Part shown: piece after piece, positions 57,109 through 64,000 of the stretch
Layout: each line of letters starts with the position of its first letter
Numbering within the stretch: position 1 is the stretch's first letter
Assembly (NCBI GenBank): GCA_035285125.1
Contig: JAYKHR010000066.1
Span: forward strand, 64,001-128,000
Direction: 5' to 3'
DNA: 64,000 nt
Source: Candidatus Sericytochromatia bacterium
GTDB lineage: Bacteria > Cyanobacteriota > Sericytochromatia > S15B-MN24 > JAQBPE01
Position numbers and translations under genes: made by a program
Notes under the pieces: model-generated
What the model was told of the DNA's origin: nothing
Database searches by the model: none
Seen by the model: only the letters and a program-made list of their open reading frames with translations

Positions 57109-57435
57109 ATGACCAAGCCCATCACCGTCACCGACAACAGCTTCCAGCAGGACGTCATCGACGCCTCAGTTCCCGTGCTGGTTGATTTCTGGGCCACGTG
57201 GTGTGGGCCCTGCAAGATGATCGCGCCAATCCTCGAGGACGTGGCCTCGGAGCTTGGTGGCAAGCTCGTGGTCGCCAAGCTCGACGTGGATGAGAATGCC
57301 GGAGCGGCCCAAAAGTACAGCGTCATGAGCATTCCGACGCTGATCCTTTTCAAGAACGGGCAGCCTGCCGAGCGGCTGGTGGGCTACATGTCCAAGGAGC
57401 AGTTGCTCGCCAAGCTCTCGCCCTCGCTCGGCTGA
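57109..57435 (+). CDS. trxA: Thioredoxin
   Basis: VDFWATWCGPCK, SIPTL. AGGAG SD. Confidence 0.97.
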   Translation: MTKPITVTDNSFQQDVIDASVPVLVDFWATWCGPCKMIAPILEDVASELGGKLVVAKLDVDENAGAAQKYSVMSIPTLILFKNGQPAERLVGYMSKEQLLAKLSPSLG

Positions 57436-57459
57436 GAACACAGAGCCCCTGGTAGCGTC

Positions 57460-57487
57460 CCGCCCCCGCTCCTCGGAGCGGGGGCGG
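57460..57487. terminator. Hairpin between convergent trxA and ftsX
   Basis: CCGCCCCCGCTCC-TC-GGAGCGGGGGCGG. Confidence 0.7.
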
Positions 57488-57495
57488 TTCCGTCT

Positions 57496-58401
57496 TCACT
57501 CGGGGGCCATCGCCAGCTTCAGGTGCTTTCGAACAGACAGCAGGCTGCCTGCGGCCCCCAGGGACATCCCGAGCAAGGTCAGGACGACGAGGGTCTCTGC
57601 CGTCGCCACCATATCCAGCCTCATGGGGACGAAGGGCAGCAACTCCTGCCACTTCGAGAACGTGAAGTACCGCCAGGACACCAGCAACCCCGTGGTGAGC
57701 ACGGCCCCGAAGAAACCGAACAGCATCCCCTCGAGCAAAAATGGCCAGGCGATGAACCAGTTGCTGGCGCCCACGAGGTGCATGATTTCAATCTCTCGGC
57801 GGCGAGCCATCACCGCCAGCCGGATCGTGTTGACGATGACGGCCAGGCTCGCTGCGGCCAGGATCCCACTGATGGCCAGGCCCGCCGTCCGGATGAAGGC
57901 CGAGATTTCATTGATCTTGCGCAGCAGGTCCTGGCCGTACTCGATGTCCTCGACGCCGGGCATCTTGGCGATACGCTCAGCCACCAGGGGCGTCGCCTCC
58001 GCGCTGCGCGTCTGGATGGAGAGGGCATTGGGAAGCGGGTTCACGTCGAGCAGGGTGTTGAAGGTCATCCGCGTCCGCATGTCCTGCTGCATCTGCTGCC
58101 ACGCCTCCTCCTTTCCGATCAGTCGGACCGAGGCGACCTCAGGCATCTCCCGGATGGCGGCCTCGAGGTCGGAGGGCTTGGCGTCCTCCGAGAGGAACAC
58201 GGCCACGGGGACCTTGCTCCCCACCTGCTGGCTGACATGCTGAAGGTCTTGCACCACGAGCCAGAAGCCACCCAGGATGGACAGGCTCACGGCGATGGTC
58301 AGCACCACCAACCAGCTCATCCAGAAGGAACGGGCGATGCTGGAAAGGGCCTCTTGACCCACGAACTCCGCGATGCGGAAGAACTTCTTAACTGGCTCCA
58401 A
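57496..58401 (-). CDS. ftsX: Cell division permease-like protein
   Basis: Four TM helices, NPLP, NTIRL..RRREIEIMHLVGA..FI..PFLLEG. Follows ftsE. Confidence 0.93.
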   Translation of the reverse strand: MEPVKKFFRIAEFVGQEALSSIARSFWMSWLVVLTIAVSLSILGGFWLVVQDLQHVSQQVGSKVPVAVFLSEDAKPSDLEAAIREMPEVASVRLIGKEEAWQQMQQDMRTRMTFNTLLDVNPLPNALSIQTRSAEATPLVAERIAKMPGVEDIEYGQDLLRKINEISAFIRTAGLAISGILAAASLAVIVNTIRLAVMARRREIEIMHLVGASNWFIAWPFLLEGMLFGFFGAVLTTGLLVSWRYFTFSKWQELLPFVPMRLDMVATAETLVVLTLLGMSLGAAGSLLSVRKHLKLAMAPE

Positions 58402-59077
58402 CGGAGTACACCCCTCGTGCCTGGTCCTGGACCAGGCGCCCCTGATCGATGGTCAGGACGCGGCGGCGCATGTTGTCCACGACCAGCTTGTTGTGCGTTG
58501 CCACCACCACGGTGGTGCCGTGGAGGTTGATCTTGGTGAGCAGCCTCATGATCTCCCAGGAGGTCTCAGGATCCAGGTTCCCCGTGGGCTCGTCGGCGAT
58601 CAACAAGGGCGGCGTGTTGACGATGGCCCGCGCCAGACAAACGCGCTGCTGCTGGCCGCCGGAGAGCTCCCCGGGAAGGGCGTCGGCAAAGTCTCGCAGG
58701 CTCACGAGGTCCAAGCTGGAGCGGACCCGGTGGTGCATGTCAGCCTTCGGCGCCCCCACGATCTTCAACGCAAACGCCACGTTGTCGTAGACCGTTCGGT
58801 CCATCAGCAGCTTGTAGTCCTGAAAGACGACGCCGATGCGTTGGCGGAGCCTGGGCAGGTTGCGGCCAGACAGCCGCCCGATGTCCACGTTGCTGATCAA
58901 CACCTGCCCGGTCGTCGGTACCTCCGCCCGGTAGAGCAGCTTCATCAGGGTGGACTTGCCAGCCCCGGAGGGGCCGACGATGAACACGAATTCGCCCTGC
59001 TGAACCTCGAGGCTGAGACCCGAGAGAGCTCGGACGCCGTTCGGATAGACCTTGGTGACTTGGCGGATGCTGATCAC
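58388..59077 (-). CDS. ftsE: Cell division ATP-binding protein
   Basis: GPSGAGKST, VFQDYKLL, LSGGQQQR, ADEPTGNLDP, ATH. Confidence 0.95.
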   Translation of the reverse strand: MISIRQVTKVYPNGVRALSGLSLEVQQGEFVFIVGPSGAGKSTLMKLLYRAEVPTTGQVLISNVDIGRLSGRNLPRLRQRIGVVFQDYKLLMDRTVYDNVAFALKIVGAPKADMHHRVRSSLDLVSLRDFADALPGELSGGQQQRVCLARAIVNTPPLLIADEPTGNLDPETSWEIMRLLTKINLHGTTVVVATHNKLVVDNMRRRVLTIDQGRLVQDQARGVYSVGAS

Positions 59078-59847
59078 GAACGTACCTCCGAAGTGGCCCC
59101 AGGGGGCCGGGTGAGCACCTCTCGGACAAACGCCGGGAGGGTGGAGCGCATGCGCTGAATTCGCCACGGCTCCTGAAGCAACCGGAACAGCCACTCCAGA
59201 TGAAGGCGTCTGAAGGCGGCCGGGGCCCGGCGCACCCGGCCCGCAAACACGTCGAAGCTCCCCCCGACCCCCATCGCGACGGGTACCCCGATCGCGCCCA
59301 GGTGCTGCCGGATCCACTTCTCTTGCCTTGGCACGCCAAGCGCCACGAGGAGAACGTCTGGGGCTGCAGCTCTGATGCCGGCCAGCACGTCGGGCTCCTC
59401 CGCGGCAGCAAAGAACCCGTCTCGCACACCAGCCAGGTGAAACCCAGGATGCACGGCTGCCAGGGCCTCCGCGGCGGCTTGGGCGACACCGGGCTGCCCG
59501 CCCAGCAGGTAGAACCGCCAGCCGGACGCCGCCCCCGCGGAGACGAGTTCACGCACGAGGTCCACGCCAGCCACCTTCTCGAGGCCCTTCTGCGGCATCT
59601 GACGCCTGACGGCCCACACGACGCCTGAGCCGTCAGGCACGACCAGGCCCGCCGCCCGGATGATGTCCCCAAGTTCCGCATCCCGCTGCGCCTGCATGGC
59701 CATCTCAGCGTTCATCGTGACGATGTGGAGCGGAGTCCCGGGGGCGGCCCGGGGCCCGGCCAGCACGTCTGCAACGCGGGCGACGGCGCCCTCCATCGGC
59801 AACAGATCGACCGGCAGGTCCAACACAAAGGCGCGGTCAGCCACCAC
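59074..59847 (-). CDS. WecB/TagA/CpsF family glycosyltransferase
   Basis: TMNAE, PDGSG, GVDL, DGFF, ALGVPRQE, GVGGSFD, RAP, LEWLFRL..EP.R. Confidence 0.93.
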   Translation of the reverse strand: MVADRAFVLDLPVDLLPMEGAVARVADVLAGPRAAPGTPLHIVTMNAEMAMQAQRDAELGDIIRAAGLVVPDGSGVVWAVRRQMPQKGLEKVAGVDLVRELVSAGAASGWRFYLLGGQPGVAQAAAEALAAVHPGFHLAGVRDGFFAAAEEPDVLAGIRAAAPDVLLVALGVPRQEKWIRQHLGAIGVPVAMGVGGSFDVFAGRVRRAPAAFRRLHLEWLFRLLQEPWRIQRMRSTLPAFVREVLTRPPGATSEVRS

Positions 59848-61039
59848 GCACCACCCCGGGCCGCGCCACCGAGAGGGCCACCTCCACGTTGCGCCGCGCC
59901 TTGATGCGCCAGCCCTCAGCCTTGGCCGCAAGGACCTGTCGCGCCTCCAACCGTGTGGCCCAGGCCTCGCGCAGCAAGTTCGCCAGGGCATCGGCCTCGC
60001 GCACCGCCTCGACGGACGGAAGCGCCGGGAAGCCGGCCTGCCGGGCGAAGGCTTCCACCTTGGGGTCATACACCACAGCCACGCAGGGGGTGCCGACGGC
60101 AGCAGCCATGATCAGCGCGTGCAGCCTCATTCCGAGCACCATATCGACGCGCTTCAGGAGCCCCATCATTTCAGCCGGCGAAAGCACGTCCTCGAGCATC
60201 AGCAGGGGAGGTCGCTGGGGTTCGGGGCGGGCCGCAAGGCACTGGGCCAGCTCGTCGAGCAGCCAGCGGTCGTCGGGGTGGTGGAAGGGGAGCAGCAGCA
60301 CCTGCGCGTGCCAGTCGCTCGCCGTTTGGGCCAAAACGGCGGACAGGGTCTTCAGGCCCTGTTCGGTCCAGCTGCGCCAGGGCCGAAGAGACACGGCCAC
60401 CACCGGACGGCCAGGGTCGAGTCCCAGGCGCGCCCAGATACCCTCCACCACGTGGTCGGCTGCAGGTGGCAGCGCCAGCACCGGATCTGCCGTGACCTCG
60501 ATGGCGTCGGCAGGCACCCCACAGGCGACCAGCAGGCTCGCGGAAGCCTCGTCCCGAACGGTCACGGCCTGGAGGCGGCTGACGACGCCGCCCACCAGGT
60601 GACGGCTGGCCCCGTGTCGCAGGGGACCGACGCCCTGGCCCAGCATGATCGCCGGGGTGCCCGCCAGTCGCGCCAGGGCCATCAGGCCCGTGTAGTAAGG
60701 GACGGAGCCTGGCCCCGTGACGTCCTGGAGGAGACTCCCCCCACCACTGATGAACAGGGAGGCCCTGCGGAGTTCCGCCCAAATGGCTGGGATGTCCAAC
60801 CGCTGGACGGCGTCGATGCCCAACTGCCGGGTGCCGACGGGGTCAGCCGACAGCGCCACCAGCCTGGCATCAGGAGCTACCTGTGACACCAGCGAGGCGA
60901 GCGCCGCGAGGATGGCCTCATCGCCCGTGTTGCCGAAGCCGAAGTAGCCAGAGACCAGAATGCGACGGGGCCCTTGGGCAGCGCCGGAGTTGGCGTCGGA
61001 GGCAGGGAGGTCGGCCACGGGCCGAGGTCCAGCGGTCAC
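59837..61039 (-). CDS. csaB: Polysaccharide pyruvyl transferase
   Basis: SGYFGFGNTGDE, SGGGSLLQDVT, QGVGP, VRD, ADP, MRLH, YDPKV. Confidence 0.9.
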   Translation of the reverse strand: MTAGPRPVADLPASDANSGAAQGPRRILVSGYFGFGNTGDEAILAALASLVSQVAPDARLVALSADPVGTRQLGIDAVQRLDIPAIWAELRRASLFISGGGSLLQDVTGPGSVPYYTGLMALARLAGTPAIMLGQGVGPLRHGASRHLVGGVVSRLQAVTVRDEASASLLVACGVPADAIEVTADPVLALPPAADHVVEGIWARLGLDPGRPVVAVSLRPWRSWTEQGLKTLSAVLAQTASDWHAQVLLLPFHHPDDRWLLDELAQCLAARPEPQRPPLLMLEDVLSPAEMMGLLKRVDMVLGMRLHALIMAAAVGTPCVAVVYDPKVEAFARQAGFPALPSVEAVREADALANLLREAWATRLEARQVLAAKAEGWRIKARRNVEVALSVARPGVVRGG

Positions 61040-61046
61040 GACGCGC

Positions 61047-61514
61047 TCAGTCCTTGTTCTGCTGGTCGATGGCCCAGCCGATCATCTCAGGCGTGCAGAA
61101 CCCGTACCCGATCAGGATGGAACCGAGCAGTTCCCCTGTGTTCTCTTGCTCGACCAGGGCGATGTCGAGCTGAGCAGGCGTGATGCATCGGGTGCGCAGC
61201 AGGATCTGGCCGAGCCGCAAGTCAGCAAGCTGTGCACGGAGAGCGGCATGGATGTCCTCAACCGTCGCGTGGCCCTGTTCCACCACGATTTCCCCAAGCA
61301 AGCGACCGGGATGGTGCGCCTGCAGGGCGAGGCAGGTTTCGAGGGTGTCGACCGTCAAGATTCGGCTGCGAATGAGCAACTGGCCGATGCGGTTGTCCTC
61401 GATCACGGAGTCGTGCACCGCGTAGGGCGGCACAAGTTCAGGAACCGTGTAGTCGTCCGGTCCTGCCTCCTCGAGAGGGTCTTGGGACAACGACGCGTGC
61501 TGCAGATCTTCCAC
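61047..61514 (-). CDS. Stand-alone protein with two tandem MshEN-like domains
   Basis: Four (R/L)(L/I)GxxL...LxxAL/IxxQ repeats: RIGQLL, LLGEIV, RLGQIL, LLGSIL. Confidence 0.75.
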   Translation of the reverse strand: MEDLQHASLSQDPLEEAGPDDYTVPELVPPYAVHDSVIEDNRIGQLLIRSRILTVDTLETCLALQAHHPGRLLGEIVVEQGHATVEDIHAALRAQLADLRLGQILLRTRCITPAQLDIALVEQENTGELLGSILIGYGFCTPEMIGWAIDQQNKD

Positions 61515-61740
61515 TGGAGTCTCCCGGTTTGGGGGCCCGGTGCCCCGCGGGCGAACCAGGCGCGATCTGCCCGGCGGGCGAGGTCCATCTTAACCCTCCA
61601 CGGCTGGCTGCGTCAAGCCGTCAGGGCCGTCCCTGCTTGATTTGGGCCCATGCCGGCAGGTGCACGAGCGGGTTGTCCAGGCAGCGCAGAGGCCGTATGA
61701 TGACACGCCTGAGCAGGACAAGGGACAGGGGCGTGACCAG

Positions 61741-63078
61741 ATGGCGTGGCTGCAAGGAACCAGGTGGCTGACGGTTCGGGCTTGCCTGGCAACCCTTGGG
61801 GTGCTTGCCCTCAGCGCGCCAGGCGAGTGCGCCCCGGTCGTTCATCGGCTGGCAAACGGACTGCGCGTCGTGCTGGTGGAGGATCACAAGGCCCCACTCG
61901 TGGCTGTGCAGGTCTGGTACCAGGTGGGCAGCAAGGACGAGCGGCCGGGCCTCACGGGTGCCTCCCACCTGCTGGAACACATGATGTTCCAGGGAGCGAG
62001 GCGCTACGGTCCGGGCGAGTTCGACCGGCAGTTGGTGCGGCGCGGTGGTCAGAACAACGCCTTCACGACCACCGACTTCACGGCTTACCACGAGGTGCTC
62101 GCCAGCGAGCACCTGGGCCTGGCCCTCGACCTCGAGGCCGACCGCATGACGGGGGCGCTGCTCCCCGCCGACAAGCTCGAGAGTGAGCGCGAGGTCGTCA
62201 AGGAGGAGCTGAGAGGGAGCAGCGACAACTCCCCCCTCGGAGCGGCCTGGGACCTGCTGCCGTCGCTGACGTGGCTGGCGAAGTCCTACCACTGGCCGGT
62301 GGGAGGCTGGACCAGCGACCTGGACACCGTGTCTCGCGCGGACCTCCTGGGCCACTACCGGTCCCACTACCACCCAGCCAATGCCGTGCTCGTCCTGGTT
62401 GGAGACTTCAAGCAGGCCGAGGCCCTCCGGTCAGTTTCAGCCGCCTTTGGGCGACTGCCGGCCGGCCCCAAACCGCCGAGGGTCCGGACGCGAGAGCCCC
62501 TGATGCGCGGGGAGCGGCAGGCCGACTTGTTGCGGGACGTCGCGACGCCCGTCGTCCTTGCGGGCTATCGCCTGCCGGCCGCGGGGTCGGCAGACCTGCC
62601 CGCTTTTCAAGTGCTGGCCCGAATCTTGTCTCATGGCAGGTCCTCTCGGCTTCACAGCGAGGTGGTCGAGGCTCGACGCCTGGCGCGGGAGGTGGACGCC
62701 GGCCTGGACGAGGGCACGGAGGGCAGCTTGTTCTACGTCGCCACGTTGCCCCGGCCGGGTGTCACGCCCGAGGCTGCACGCCAGGGCTGCGATGCCGTGC
62801 TGGAGGGGCTGAGGCGGCGGGGGCCGTCGGCAGCGGAGGTGGCGCGCGCGGTCAAGGTGATCGAGGCTGAGCGCCTGATCGAACGCGAGACTGCACAGGG
62901 CGTGGCTGAGGCCATCGGCCGGCGGGTGTCGCTTCACGGAAACGCGGACTTGCAAGCGGAGGTCAGCCAACTCCGCCGCGTCACCGCAGCGCGCGTCAGG
63001 GAGGTGGCCCGGAAACACCTGGCCCGAGCCAACAGGGCCGTGATCACCGTGCGCCCCGCCAGGCGGGAGGACAACTGA
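61741..63078 (+). CDS. M16 (pitrilysin family) zinc peptidase, catalytic subunit, secreted
   Basis: LANGL, VGSKDE, HLLEH (HxxEH), NAFT, EREVVKEE, signal peptide. Confidence 0.92.
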   Translation: MAWLQGTRWLTVRACLATLGVLALSAPGECAPVVHRLANGLRVVLVEDHKAPLVAVQVWYQVGSKDERPGLTGASHLLEHMMFQGARRYGPGEFDRQLVRRGGQNNAFTTTDFTAYHEVLASEHLGLALDLEADRMTGALLPADKLESEREVVKEELRGSSDNSPLGAAWDLLPSLTWLAKSYHWPVGGWTSDLDTVSRADLLGHYRSHYHPANAVLVLVGDFKQAEALRSVSAAFGRLPAGPKPPRVRTREPLMRGERQADLLRDVATPVVLAGYRLPAAGSADLPAFQVLARILSHGRSSRLHSEVVEARRLAREVDAGLDEGTEGSLFYVATLPRPGVTPEAARQGCDAVLEGLRRRGPSAAEVARAVKVIEAERLIERETAQGVAEAIGRRVSLHGNADLQAEVSQLRRVTAARVREVARKHLARANRAVITVRPARREDN

Positions 63079-64000
63079 TGCGCAGCAAGCTACTTGCCCT
63101 GGCGCTGGTGACGCTGGGGGCCACCCAGGCTCTCAGCGGGTGCGCCTGGCTCCTCGCCTCACCTCAGCCGGAGGCCCCACGCCGTTCGGCCCTGCCGCCG
63201 GTCCCCACCCCATCAGCGGAGCCGACGGCCCGCCCCTTCGTGCTGCCTGCGCCGAGCCGCGTCAAGCTTCCGAACGGCCTCGTGGCCTGGTCCGTGCGCC
63301 GTCGCCACCTGCCACTCGTCACCGTACGGCTGGTGGTGCGGGCAGGGGAGCGCCACGAGGAGAGTCGATTTGCTGGCACCGCTGCCATCACGGCCGAGTT
63401 GCTCCGCCGCGGGGCAGGCGCTCGGGACGCTCGTCAGTACCAGGCCGCGTTGGACGCCACGGGCGGCCGCTTTGCCTTCGAGGCAGGGCCCGACGCCACC
63501 GTCATCACGGCCACGGTCCTGCGGAGAGACCTCGATCTGGCCGTATCATTGCTGGCCGACGCGGTGCAGGATCCCTGGTTCGAGGTCCAGGAACTCGCTG
63601 AGGTGTGTCGCGAGCACCAAGCTGACATCGACGGCCTGCGGGACGACGGCGATGCTCTGGCGGACACGCTGCTACGCCATGTCGTGCTCCGCGGGCACCC
63701 TTACGGCAGGCTCCCCTCCCGCCGGGCCATCGACGCCTTGATGCGGAGGGACGTGCGACGCTTTCACCGATCGTGGTTCAGGCCAGAGCGGACCCACCTC
63801 ACGATCGTGGGAGACGTGACCGCGACCGAAGCACGTCAGGTGGTGGCCCGGCGCTTCGGCGCCTGGCGGCGCCATGCAGCGGCCCAGCGAGAGCCCGGGA
63901 GACAGGCCCCGCCCAAGGCACCCACCCGGATGCAGGTGTGGGTCATGGACCTCGCCGTGAGCCAGAGCTACATCCGGCTCGGCACCCCTTTGCCCGCGCG
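63078..64000 (+). CDS. M16 peptidase non-catalytic partner, probable lipoprotein (partial)
   Basis: Manual translation MRSKLLALALVTLGATQALSGC..., KLPNGL, LPLV, and AITAELL in place of HxxEH. TGATG coupling. Runs off the window. Confidence 0.85.
   Translation, partial: MRSKLLALALVTLGATQALSGCAWLLASPQPEAPRRSALPPVPTPSAEPTARPFVLPAPSRVKLPNGLVAWSVRRRHLPLVTVRLVVRAGERHEESRFAGTAAITAELLRRGAGARDARQYQAALDATGGRFAFEAGPDATVITATVLRRDLDLAVSLLADAVQDPWFEVQELAEVCREHQADIDGLRDDGDALADTLLRHVVLRGHPYGRLPSRRAIDALMRRDVRRFHRSWFRPERTHLTIVGDVTATEARQVVARRFGAWRRHAAAQREPGRQAPPKAPTRMQVWVMDLAVSQSYIRLGTPLPA

Overview
A 64-kb window of high-GC bacterial chromosome, gene-dense, with no CRISPR array, transposase or integrase seen. 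Housekeeping genes include a partial ABC-F gene, clpP, ansA, glk, icmF, coaE, tadA, purA, a DEAD-box helicase, msrB, trxA, ftsEX, csaB with a TagA-like glycosyltransferase, an M16 peptidase pair and four tRNAs (Gln-CTG, Arg-CCG, Arg-ACG, Ser-GCT). There is also a two-component signalling cluster (28.2-35.5 kb) and a large kinase-ATPase-TPR protein. The best candidate for an undescribed system is the locus at about 44.4-55.9 kb. There an MmpL exporter is divergent from a tightly coupled operon: a GNAT-like protein, an AMP-ligase::UbiA prenyltransferase fusion, a rifampicin-phosphotransferase/PigC-type PEP-utilising enzyme, an AurF-type diiron oxygenase and a BtaA-like (DUF3419) transferase, with a convergent lipid kinase. 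Other notable items are a 20-aa hydrophobic peptide gene antisense to the tadA 3' end (absent from the ORF track, with its own promoter, direct-repeat operator, 5' hairpin and SD), a degenerate QueC-like gene coupled to purA, a beta-lactamase-fold::SH3::NlpC/P60 fusion, a stand-alone tandem MshEN-like protein heading csaB-tagA-ftsE-ftsX, and a poly-G frameshifted gene in the signalling cluster. All calls come from reading motifs by eye and no database search was run. Start codons are best estimates.
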